DNA of 64,000 bases from the sequence record PQ671644.1, one strand, 5' to 3'. The translations under genes and the position numbers were made by a program. The notes beneath the pieces are model-generated. The model saw nothing but the letters and a program-made list of their open reading frames with translations, was not told the DNA's origin and ran no database searches. Positions 28,216 through 37,166 of the stretch are shown here, in pieces. The stretch is from Escherichia phage DCP80. The stretch's first letter is position 1. Every line of letters starts with the position of its first letter.

Positions 28216-28947
28216 TTAAAATTTTACGCATAACAGGTTGTCCAGTTGGTCTTCATGGGTTTCGATTAAGATTTCAGATTCCAGAGCTTCAGCAGCCTGA
28301 ATCATTGTGGCAGTATCACCACCAGCTTTAGCAACGTGAATCACAGTATCGAATTTACGTTTGTAAAGATTTTTCAGTTTAACTTCTTTAGTTTTCTGTG
28401 CAAAGTGTTTTTCAGATTTACGTTTAACTTCAACCAGTTCTTCTTTAACAACTTCAACTTCTTCTTCAGCTTCCTGGATAGCAACGTTTGCTTTCTTCAG
28501 AGCAGCATGTTGTGCACGAATGATTTCCATCATTTCTTCCACAGATAATTCCTCAAGATTGTTGATGTCAAATTTGACAACTTCTTTCTTTTCAACATGG
28601 TGATTAGAATTAACGGTATCGATTTCGTAAATCCAAGTTTTGTCACCGCGACGAGTCATTTCCAGGTTCTGCTGGATATAACCTTTACCTACTTTGTGAA
28701 TCACACGAGCTGAATTCCAATCAGTATGAACTACACAGATTGAATTTTCAAATTCTGCAACAAAGTAATCTCCCTCACCAAAATCAACTGCTTTAGCTTT
28801 AACTGCACGATACAGAGAACGATTAGCTGAACCAATTTCTTGTAACAAAGATTTAACAGAACTAGCATGAATTACTTTGGTTGCATTTTGTACAGACATG
28901 TTGCTTTCAGCTTGGTTTTCGCATTTTTTAAAAAGTTTGATAATCAT
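28216..28947 (-). CDS. Hypothetical protein with C-terminal charged coiled coil
   Basis: 243-aa ORF, no family recognised. Confidence 0.45.
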   Translation of the reverse strand: MIIKLFKKCENQAESNMSVQNATKVIHASSVKSLLQEIGSANRSLYRAVKAKAVDFGEGDYFVAEFENSICVVHTDWNSARVIHKVGKGYIQQNLEMTRRGDKTWIYEIDTVNSNHHVEKKEVVKFDINNLEELSVEEMMEIIRAQHAALKKANVAIQEAEEEVEVVKEELVEVKRKSEKHFAQKTKEVKLKNLYKRKFDTVIHVAKAGGDTATMIQAAEALESEILIETHEDQLDNLLCVKF

Positions 28948-29772
28948 GTGTTTTCCTTTATTTGTTAATCGTGTTATTATTTAGAATTAAAAAGTGATGT
29001 GTAATTCTTTGTTGATTTCAAAGATGACAGTTGCTAATGTCAAGTTGTGTTCTTTACACCAATCAGCACGTTTAGCCGGTGGCAATTTGTTTAACGCACA
29101 GAAGATTTTCATTAATTTAATCTGATAAGAATTCATGGTGACCTCAAGTGTTTCGATGTTTGTTAGGGTTTAAAAAAGAGGTTGTTCACCTCGTCGCTTT
29201 CATACATTTATTTATACACTAATTTTCGGCTCATTAGACAATCAGAAAAGTTCAATCCGGATTCAATCGCGTCAGGAGAATTTCCATGATAATATTTATC
29301 TCTTTATACTCACAAAAAACATTGAAACACATTTTGCAGTTTTTGGACTTTTAATCAAAAAAGGCTGTTTTTGATATTTCCGGGGGGTGCCTATGCCTTC
29401 CGGAGCACTTTTTGAGGCAAAAGTTATAAGAAACCTATTTTAATATATCAAAAGGTAATAACAAAGGCCTTTTTTCCCTCAAAAAACGTCAGAAAAAGGC
29501 TGTTTTTTCAGCTTATTTTGAGCCTTTTTTGAAGGTTCATTTTTGGGACTTTTAATCAAAAAACAAGGGAATTTTTCGGGAGCAGTACAGGGGTACTATC
29601 AGATGATAGGAGCTATCATTTAGAAGGGAGAATTGTGATTACTTATGACCGTTATACGATTGTATCGCGATTATTTGGTCAAATAACGACGAAATAATCA
29701 AAATAAATCATCGAAACACTTAGAAAACAGGCTGTTTTAGGTATAAAAATGGCCCCTTTCGGAGCCTAAAAT

Positions 29773-29979
29773 TTATTTCATACGCAGGTATTTTTCATAA
29801 CTAACTTTTGACAGAGCCAAATAGTAAGCTGCATCTTTTTCTCCCGATAATTTACCTTCAGCAACTGTTGCACAATCTTCTTTGAAAGTTGCTTCCCAGG
29901 AAAATCCATCAAGCCAATCGGAAAATTGTTGTTCGTTCATATTAACCTCTGTAATGTCTGTTGTAATGGTGTACTGCAA
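29773..29979 (-). CDS. Hypothetical protein
   Basis: 68-aa ORF. Confidence 0.35.
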   Translation of the reverse strand: MQYTITTDITEVNMNEQQFSDWLDGFSWEATFKEDCATVAEGKLSGEKDAAYYLALSKVSYEKYLRMK

Positions 29980-30288
29980 TTTCTGTGCAAAGGTCTTCGA
30001 AGACCAATGGGATTATGTTTTCTCGGTAGACAACATAACTGTACTGTCTGTAGGTGTAGACCTCTTTATATTTCTCGAAGAACATAAACAGGTCTTGATT
30101 AGCTGTAACTTCTAACGGGGTGATTTTCCCGGCTGCATCAACTATCATACTTCCTCCTTATTAACTTAATAATAGGCTCCCGCTCAGAAACCTATGATAA
30201 GGTACCACACATGAATTTAATCAAAGGTCTTCACATCACTAAAGACCTTTTGTTAAACACATGAATCAGGTCATCACTCCTGATACTT

Positions 30289-30609
30289 TTATTTATAACG
30301 GGATTTATTCATCCATTCAAATATGCCAGGGTTCCATTCGATGTTACCCATCGCTACATAATGATTGATTGCTTCTCGCAGAGACACCTGGAAGAATTCG
30401 GATTCGTCAAGTAATGAAACAATGATTTCCCCTTGTGCCTGTAAATCATCAACTGTCATCATGGAAAGAATTTCATATGCTGATTGAATTTCGTCTTCTG
30501 TGAAATCTGTGTCGAACCAATCATTAAGGTTATCATCAGATTTGTAATTATTGTAATAAGCCATACCTTCGATAACCAGATTGATAATTTCATTTACGTT
30601 GTTCATAAT
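30289..30609 (-). CDS. Hypothetical acidic protein
   Basis: ~106 aa from ATG near 30609; track ORF 30289..30768 reads through the N-run. Confidence 0.4.
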   Translation of the reverse strand: MMNNVNEIINLVIEGMAYYNNYKSDDNLNDWFDTDFTEDEIQSAYEILSMMTVDDLQAQGEIIVSLLDESEFFQVSLREAINHYVAMGNIEWNPGIFEWMNKSRYK

Positions 30610-30710
30610 TTTCTCTTTGTGTTTGGTTGATATGATAATGATACACCCTTTTGATGAGGTTGTAAACCCCTTATTGCAAATACATCTGGCATTGAAACAA
30701 ATAAATGCCA

Positions 30711-30720
30711 NNNNNNNNNN
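30711..30720. other. Assembly gap (N10), scaffold joint
   Basis: Run of N after the repeated terminal 111 bp. Confidence 0.9.
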
Positions 30721-30839
30721 CTTTGACCTTGACAATAGTTCCAAGGTAAGCGCCATGATACCAAACATCCCAACCCTCTTGAGTAGGTTCTACACAAGCG
30801 CGCAATTCATTAACAATATTCAGCTTATTCATAATTTCC

Positions 30840-31448
30840 TCACTTTAAGATGTTAATAACATGTTGAATGTTTTCAGTTGACATAACGTTGTCAATGTAG
30901 GTATTCAATCCACCCACTTTAACGCTAAATCCCACGTCTGTAAACTGTTTTACTATCTTTTGTTCAGTATTATACGCATGTACGCGAATCTGACCATCAC
31001 GACGAACATCAATCTGTTTTAATGTCTTGACGCGCTTGAACTTCACAATCAGATTGCTGCGGTCTTCTGAAATGCTCTTAAAGTCAATACCAATAGACAA
31101 CAATTGCTCTTTGATATATTCTGCAGTCGCTTCCATTTCATCAGTCACACCGCGTTTTGTTCTTGTCTTCTTCACTTCCAGAAGGTCAGGATTATTTTCA
31201 TTCGCCCAAAGTTCAGCTGCATCCAGAATAAGGTCAACACCCTTTTCTGTAATCATCAAACCATCACCAGAAGCTTCAACATAGTTGTTATTCAACAAGG
31301 TCTGCACACTATCAATTGATGTGTTCTGCTGGTCTAAAACAACCTCTGGACTCACGAAGTTGTTTTTGTATACAAACACCAGAGCATTGACATCAGTCTC
31401 ATGCAGCGCGTTCTGGGAGCATTTAACGATATAATTTAACTTGTTCAC
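30840..31448 (-). CDS. motA: Middle transcription activator MotA-like
   Basis: 202 aa; SGDGLMITEKG and overall layout resemble T4 MotA; next to gene 52 as in T4. Confidence 0.65.
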   Translation of the reverse strand: MNKLNYIVKCSQNALHETDVNALVFVYKNNFVSPEVVLDQQNTSIDSVQTLLNNNYVEASGDGLMITEKGVDLILDAAELWANENNPDLLEVKKTRTKRGVTDEMEATAEYIKEQLLSIGIDFKSISEDRSNLIVKFKRVKTLKQIDVRRDGQIRVHAYNTEQKIVKQFTDVGFSVKVGGLNTYIDNVMSTENIQHVINILK

Positions 31449-31450
31449 AA

Positions 31451-31678
31451 TTATCCCTTAATAGATTTCATATAATTTGATGCATATGATTGTACCACAG
31501 TACGTTTCATATGGGAAGTAGAAACAATCACATCAATCGCTTGTTTGCGTTCTTCTTTAGAATTCGCCAGTTTGAACATATCAAAGTAGTAGTAACAAGC
31601 TTCTTTGTTAGATTTGAATTTAGCGTTGATGTATTCTTGACCTTCATTCTGTTGTGCAGTAAACATTTTATTCTCCAA
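31451..31678 (-). CDS. Hypothetical protein
   Basis: 75-aa ORF; probable ATG start a few codons in, with SD GGAG. Confidence 0.4.
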   Translation of the reverse strand: MENKMFTAQQNEGQEYINAKFKSNKEACYYYFDMFKLANSKEERKQAIDVIVSTSHMKRTVVQSYASNYMKSIKG

Positions 31679-31765
31679 AGTTTTTATGATTCATTGTGTA
31701 ACTCAGTATGGAATCATTATGCCTCATGACCATCTGGTTGTACACTACTTTTTTAAAATAAAAAA

Positions 31766-31783
31766 GGACCCCGAAGGGTCCTA
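31766..31783 (-). terminator. Rho-independent terminator on minus strand
   Basis: GGACCCTTCGGGGTCC then T-run on minus strand. Confidence 0.65.
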
Positions 31784-31875
31784 GTCTTTATCTATCTTAT
31801 TACCAATAAACATACCAACAATCACACCTGCGATTGCCGCAAAAATACAAAGCAATGCAAACTCAACTCCAAAAC

Positions 31876-33255
31876 TCATAGAGCCTCCAAATCATTAAGG
31901 TATTCAGTTTTAACATCAGTTGTCTTCCAGTACTCATGCTCAGCTTTCTTAGCCTTTGCTTCGTCTGCAAGCTTCTTGGCTTCATCAGAGGTCATATGGT
32001 AGATGTTCATTGCCACTAACTTCTCTGCATAATCGCCATATATTTCACTCGCCTGGAGTTCCTCAATCAACTTCTTACGAGGTTTCCCCTGGATAACAAC
32101 CTTACCGTCAATCACTTCTTTAATAAAGAAGACTTTTGCCCGGGCCAGTTTAAATGCTGCTTCAGTTTCTTTAATCTTACTGTCAATTCGCACTTGAACA
32201 TAAGTCTTACGGACATCAACGAAATCGCGAATCAGGTCAAGCGTGTTGGTGTATTCAGCCAGCTTGCCTTTGTGATTAAGCACTGTTAAGTTTTGGGAGA
32301 GCTTCTCAATCAGACCAAAGTCTTTCATGATTTTCTCATGATTTTCTTCTTCAGTACCATCCAGCTTGTATTCTTTGCGGAATTTAATCTTAAACCCAAA
32401 ACCATGCTCGCCGCAGTTATCTTTCCAGGTGATAAAACCTTTCTCTTCCAGCGGGTCCAGGATTTTACTTGTATACTTTTCTAGGTTCCATTGGACCGGG
32501 ATTTCAGTAATTTCCATTTGGGTCCTGGAAGTCATTTTGTACGTGCCATGAAGCTCATACTTACCAGGCTCTTCCAGCTCAACCACTTCACCACGGAATT
32601 CTGGATATTTTACTTTCGGCGCAACCGGCTCACGACCTTCCACGATAGCTTTAACAGCTTCCTTGACGTCCTGGAACGAATGAGGAAGAATATCAGTAGC
32701 GAAGCCAACAGCAATCCCAGAAGTGGCGTTAAGTAATACAGTAGGAATAACAGGAAGATAAAAAGCAGGAGGCTTATGTTCTTCATCAGGATGGACCGGA
32801 GCATATTCTGTATCCTTAAACAAGTTATAAAAGTTCTTTGAAACCCGTGCGAATACATAACGAGCTGATGATGCTTCTGGCACCATTCTGGAACCAAAGT
32901 TGCCTTGTCCATCAAACATGGGGTATTCATTTTTATATGTTGCGACCAGACCAGAAGTTGCTTCTTCCGCTGATGCTTCACCATGGTGATAACCATAATC
33001 AGCTACGCCGCCGGCGATGGATGCAACTTTATGGAATTTATTCTTATCACCGCGCGCCAGGTCTAATGCTCTCGCCATAACAAATCTGTGAACTGGTTTA
33101 AAACCATCAATCATGTTTGGGATTGCGCGACCTTCCACAGTGTAGATAGCATATGATAATGCTTCCACATCAATAATGTCTTTTAGACTGCGTGGGTTAA
33201 GGGTCCCCATTGAATCACTGAACTGTTTGGACATCATACTTAAAACGTCAGACAT
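31876..33255 (-). CDS. 52: DNA topoisomerase II medium subunit (GyrA-like), gp52
   Basis: 459 aa; AIPNMIDGFKPVHRFV and catalytic Tyr region typical of type II topo A subunit. Confidence 0.85.
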   Translation of the reverse strand: MSDVLSMMSKQFSDSMGTLNPRSLKDIIDVEALSYAIYTVEGRAIPNMIDGFKPVHRFVMARALDLARGDKNKFHKVASIAGGVADYGYHHGEASAEEATSGLVATYKNEYPMFDGQGNFGSRMVPEASSARYVFARVSKNFYNLFKDTEYAPVHPDEEHKPPAFYLPVIPTVLLNATSGIAVGFATDILPHSFQDVKEAVKAIVEGREPVAPKVKYPEFRGEVVELEEPGKYELHGTYKMTSRTQMEITEIPVQWNLEKYTSKILDPLEEKGFITWKDNCGEHGFGFKIKFRKEYKLDGTEEENHEKIMKDFGLIEKLSQNLTVLNHKGKLAEYTNTLDLIRDFVDVRKTYVQVRIDSKIKETEAAFKLARAKVFFIKEVIDGKVVIQGKPRKKLIEELQASEIYGDYAEKLVAMNIYHMTSDEAKKLADEAKAKKAEHEYWKTTDVKTEYLNDLEAL

Positions 33256-33396
33256 ATATCACCTTACCAGATTAACGAATGTACTGCCATTATAGCATCA
33301 GAAATAAAAAGCACAACCTGCACTAATGCAAATACAACTCCATAATATAGCGCTACCAATAAGGCAGCAAGGGCTAACGAGTAGCCCAGGATTTTC

Positions 33397-33579
33397 TTAA
33401 TCATTTTTAATCATCTTAAGTAAACCGACAAAAGTAGAAAGAATCCAGCCAATAAACAGAAAACTTAAGAATAGCGGACCAGGGGTCCAGACTCCTAAAA
33501 AGAAGCAGACTGAACAAACCACGGCAATAATAAGTTCGATAAAAGCCAGAATAATCATATTTTCCTCAAGGGCGTCCAA
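33397..33579 (-). CDS. Small membrane protein
   Basis: 60 aa, two hydrophobic helices. Confidence 0.35.
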   Translation of the reverse strand: MDALEENMIILAFIELIIAVVCSVCFFLGVWTPGPLFLSFLFIGWILSTFVGLLKMIKND

Positions 33580-33647
33580 AGACGCCAGTTAATTTAAGAT
33601 TATGGCGATGCCATTGCATCACATGTTCATTATGGAAATTACTCATA

Positions 33648-34097
33648 TTAATAACTCTGCAGAATGAATTTAAAGTTATCAGCAAGCATGCGATTCATTT
33701 CTGAAAGGGTCTGGCAATCAGAACTATGTGAGCGAGTGAACGCCATCGCAATTTGACCTTTACCATAACCAGTTGTCAGGGGTTTCATTTTAGAAACTGG
33801 AACAAACAGGACTTCATAGATAACACCATTGTTCGCCATTGTGCGCGACAGTTGCGAACGCTGTTTGCGGATGTGACTTAATACAGTGTCAAACCCTTGT
33901 TGTGAACGTTGGTTACCAACGTAAAAACGTGCAGCAACAATACGTGATTCGCCTTCACCCTTAACTACAAAATAAAAACCTGGTTGAGTGATAGCTTCTT
34001 TAGTTGGACGCCCTGCAACATAATTACCATTATGGATATAAGCAACAGTGGTAGCGCCAGCATTCAGTACGTCACGACGGGTCATGTAAGTATTCAT
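33648..34097 (-). CDS. ndd: Nucleoid disruption protein Ndd-like
   Basis: [26 protein letters not shown] and MLADNFKF match T4 Ndd as recalled. Confidence 0.7.
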   Translation of the reverse strand: MNTYMTRRDVLNAGATTVAYIHNGNYVAGRPTKEAITQPGFYFVVKGEGESRIVAARFYVGNQRSQQGFDTVLSHIRKQRSQLSRTMANNGVIYEVLFVPVSKMKPLTTGYGKGQIAMAFTRSHSSDCQTLSEMNRMLADNFKFILQSY

Positions 34098-34170
34098 ATT
34101 AATTTCCTCAGTAAGTTAAAGTTTTGTGCTCCAGTGGGGTCATTATACTCTGACCCCAAGAGTATGTACA

Positions 34171-34515
34171 CTATTTTTGAAGTTGTTCTAAAATAAATCC
34201 GCTGGTGTAAAGGCTTGCATTATACAGGCGGTCAAGAGACAACGAATCCAATCCATAAGCTTCGCGAATTGCATTGATAGCACTCTCATAACTTGTATAA
34301 TAAACATCGCGATAATCGCGGTCCATAGTCATGCGGAACTTAATAAATTTGTAGAAACCAGTTTCAGGGTCCTGATAGAATGCAAATTCTGCAGACATCA
34401 AATTTTTAAGGTTAACAGCTTTTGTACCACCTGAATAACTTAAATCAAATGCTTCTGATACGCTAATCTGTTTAAAGAACATAATGTTGCGATTACCAAA
34501 AAATACTTTAGACAT
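34171..34515 (-). CDS. Hypothetical protein
   Basis: 114-aa ORF. Confidence 0.4.
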   Translation of the reverse strand: MSKVFFGNRNIMFFKQISVSEAFDLSYSGGTKAVNLKNLMSAEFAFYQDPETGFYKFIKFRMTMDRDYRDVYYTSYESAINAIREAYGLDSLSLDRLYNASLYTSGFILEQLQK

Positions 34516-34530
34516 AATATTTTCCTCAGC

Positions 34531-34776
34531 TTATTCAGGGTCTACTGCGCCATCCCACAAGTCAACTTCTTCTGATGATTCCATCAGTTCATCAACTGTG
34601 AAGCACTCAGTATTATTTTCAATTGCAAAACGCTTCTGATAAAAAGGATAATCCAAACAGTTTTCAGTGCGCACTGGACGCTCGCTGTTATCCATTAAAG
34701 GCGAAATGCGAATCAGTTGTTGACCATTACCCAGGACAAATTTTTCACCAACTGCAACGTCTTTAAAAAGTTTCAT
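34531..34776 (-). CDS. Hypothetical protein
   Basis: 81-aa ORF. Confidence 0.4.
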   Translation of the reverse strand: MKLFKDVAVGEKFVLGNGQQLIRISPLMDNSERPVRTENCLDYPFYQKRFAIENNTECFTVDELMESSEEVDLWDGAVDPE

Positions 34777-34979
34777 TGCTTAGCTCCATTCCAAATTACA
34801 TCAACAACAGACTTCAAACCATTATCCTGGATTTGTGTGAATACTTCAGCAGCAATCCAGACCTGGAAACCAATCATTGCAATGGCACCAATGAAAATCA
34901 GGATAATCATTGCCACAATAAACTTGAACATAAAGTCAAAGCGACGATTGGATTTCTGAAAGTGTGAATTGTAATTCAT
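34773..34979 (-). CDS. Small membrane protein
   Basis: Start moved to internal Met MNYNSHF; homolog truncated by gap at 49790. Confidence 0.4.
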   Translation of the reverse strand: MNYNSHFQKSNRRFDFMFKFIVAMIILIFIGAIAMIGFQVWIAAEVFTQIQDNGLKSVVDVIWNGAKQ

Positions 34980-35132
34980 AATATTATCCTCAAAAGAAAT
35001 AGTTAAAGTAAACACGTACATGGTCAATCATAAAAATAATTGGGAAAATGCTCAGGACAACAAACAATACAAACATGTTCCAAATGGCTTTAAGTAACTT
35101 TTTCATAATCATCTCCAGTAGTTGATAGGTTC

Positions 35133-35161
35133 ATTATACTACAACCACCGGAGATGTACAC
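35133..35161 (-). promoter_or_regulatory. Sigma70-type early promoter (-35 GTGTACA, -10 TATAAT) with conserved leader CTATCAACTACTGGAG
   Basis: Minus-strand AAAAGAGTGTACA-16 nt-TATAAT; same cassette recurs at many minus-strand genes. Confidence 0.55.
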
Positions 35162-35251
35162 TCTTTTATGCAAGTTTCATTAATAATAAACTAAAACAAA
35201 CGCAAATTACTGGAATACACAACATCCAGATAAGACACCAGGTTTTGCTGC

Positions 35252-35518
35252 TCAAAATATCACCTCTTTTATTTCAATCAGACCCCTGTGCAATGCGGTG
35301 CGAAGGTCATAAAGAATATCTATGCCATCAACATTATCCAGTTTTCCATCAATAAGCTTTTTTAAATCATGCTTTGATGCAACTAGCGGGCGAAGAAATT
35401 TACATTCAGAAAGAGACAATTCTGTAGTAATATCATCACCATCACCTGACGCATCATACATGGCAGCAACAACCATACCTGTAACTTTGTGCTTGGCGTA
35501 ATATAATTTAATATCCAT
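35252..35518 (-). CDS. Hypothetical protein, member of small paralog family
   Basis: MDIKLYYAKHKVTG; paralogs at 48689 and 48949. Confidence 0.4.
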   Translation of the reverse strand: MDIKLYYAKHKVTGMVVAAMYDASGDGDDITTELSLSECKFLRPLVASKHDLKKLIDGKLDNVDGIDILYDLRTALHRGLIEIKEVIF

Positions 35519-35762
35519 TCTGTTTTCCTCACGCATAACGATTGTATGTATTTTTACGACAAGCGTAAAATTGACGCTCAGTAACTGCAAAACTTTTTCC
35601 GCGTTGTTGCATTAATTTAAAAAATTCAGTAATATCGCCATTAACTTCAAGGTATAAAGTCATTGCATATTGAGCAGGTTTCATTTTATTCTCCAGTCTG
35701 TTTGGTAACTCAGTATGGAATCATTATGCACTGACTCCATACTGATGTACACTACTTTTTAA

Positions 35763-36038
35763 TTAATTGTGCATTTGTTCTTTAACTTCTTTATATGCGC
35801 CAACTGCATTCACGACCCCAGTAAAATCTGCAGTCCCACGATAGAGATAGAAAGCAATTTCAGTCAGGTGGTAGACTTCAAATTCTGAAAGATAAACGAT
35901 AACGTCATAATATGCAACTTGACCCTGGACTTCGTTGAATGCCACATCAAAAATTTCATGGGTTGGAAAATTGATGTTGTTGTTTTTGAGTGCTTGGATA
36001 AGAATTTGTTTGATGTTGTGAGTAGTAACGTGTTCCAT
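35763..36038 (-). CDS. Hypothetical protein
   Basis: Start set at MEHVTTH after promoter cassette. Confidence 0.4.
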   Translation of the reverse strand: MEHVTTHNIKQILIQALKNNNINFPTHEIFDVAFNEVQGQVAYYDVIVYLSEFEVYHLTEIAFYLYRGTADFTGVVNAVGAYKEVKEQMHN

Positions 36039-36085
36039 GATAATGTCCTCATTTGTTGGTATGAGGACATTATTACACGGTTGGT

Positions 36086-36679
36086 TCAGCTTGTAAACCG
36101 GTGATAGGGAAATTTTTCTTCTGAACAAGAACGGAGGTACCAGCCATCCCCTTGTGACTTCTGCACAAGACCAGACTCAGGAACGAAAGCACCAGGCCCA
36201 GCAAGGAATTTTGGTTTAAATCTATAACCTTTGAGAGTCTCTTTTACATCGAGCATAATCATAAGGTCAGCAAGCTTGTGCTGCATAAAAGGACCAAGAT
36301 TAATCCCGTAACCATGCGGATAATCGCCCTGGTGGCCAGTGTGTACGGATATCCATTTGGAACCAGACTGGTGGGTCTTGACTTCGATTCTTACCCCTTC
36401 CTTCGAAACTACATCAAATGCAAAGGAATAAGGATTATCGTAATCTTCGTCGCCGCCACATAAAAAACCAGAAGTCCATTTAGCAATAGCTTGTTCAGCC
36501 ATTGTAGCAACCATGCATCTTTGCATGACTTGCTCACGGTCCTGACCTGGGTCTTTACGCAATGAATACCGGGTAGTGTCTACAATCTTCTGCAGGGATT
36601 CGGGGTTTAAGTCTTCCTTTGTATAAAGAAAGGAGGGCATCTTTTTCAGATGCTCCCAGGTTTTACTCTTCTGAATCAT
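36086..36679 (-). CDS. denB: Endonuclease IV DenB-like
   Basis: AIAKW, YDNPY, FAFDV.SKEG.RIEVK.HQSGSKWI and GLVQKS.G.GWYLR resemble T4 DenB; sits between rIIB and ndd as in T4. Confidence 0.6.
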   Translation of the reverse strand: MIQKSKTWEHLKKMPSFLYTKEDLNPESLQKIVDTTRYSLRKDPGQDREQVMQRCMVATMAEQAIAKWTSGFLCGGDEDYDNPYSFAFDVVSKEGVRIEVKTHQSGSKWISVHTGHQGDYPHGYGINLGPFMQHKLADLMIMLDVKETLKGYRFKPKFLAGPGAFVPESGLVQKSQGDGWYLRSCSEEKFPYHRFTS

Positions 36680-36932
36680 TTACGACCTCATCGATACCGA
36701 CGATTCCACGGATGTGAAGCTCACCATAATACAAACGGTCATTAGCATCAAATGTATCAGAATCCGGGTCAGGGAATTCCCCAACAACTACTTCATCACA
36801 TTCCAACCAACCATAGTGAACATCACCTTCATGCTTGATGAGCTTACCGCAGTAAACTATTCCTGCATAATGATGACCCCGGAGATTTGAAACTTTGATG
36901 TCACGGTCTGACACATTGAAATGCTTAATCAT
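36663..36932 (-). CDS. Hypothetical protein
   Basis: 89-aa ORF. Confidence 0.4.
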   Translation of the reverse strand: MIKHFNVSDRDIKVSNLRGHHYAGIVYCGKLIKHEGDVHYGWLECDEVVVGEFPDPDSDTFDANDRLYYGELHIRGIVGIDEVVNDSEE

Positions 36933-36935
36933 AAT

Positions 36936-37133
36936 TTATTCACCAAAATAAGAGATACGAGTTGCCAGTACATGAGCATAAGCGCCCATCGCGTCTAACT
37001 GTGCAATCAAAAGACCTTGTTGACGAGCATCGAGAGTTTCAAAAACACCGCCCTTAATAAATTCTTCAAGAGCATTGATTTTCAAAACCAGCTGGTCATG
37101 TTCTTCAACTACACGTGCTTGGAAACCTAACAT
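36936..37133 (-). CDS. Hypothetical protein
   Basis: 65-aa ORF. Confidence 0.4.
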   Translation of the reverse strand: MLGFQARVVEEHDQLVLKINALEEFIKGGVFETLDARQQGLLIAQLDAMGAYAHVLATRISYFGE

Positions 37134-37146
37134 AAAGCCTCATTAG

Positions 37147-37160
37147 GGGCCGAAGCCCCG
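37147..37160. terminator. Terminator-type hairpin GGGGCCGAAGCCCC
   Basis: In the rIIB-downstream intergenic gap where arm 2 carries an HNH gene. Confidence 0.5.
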
Positions 37161-37166
37161 ATTAAT

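Noticed and set aside
30289-30768. 159-aa ORF spanning the N10 gap
   Set aside because: The ORF finder read through the N-run; two separate genes are fused artificially (one ends near 30609, one is truncated at 30721-30833).
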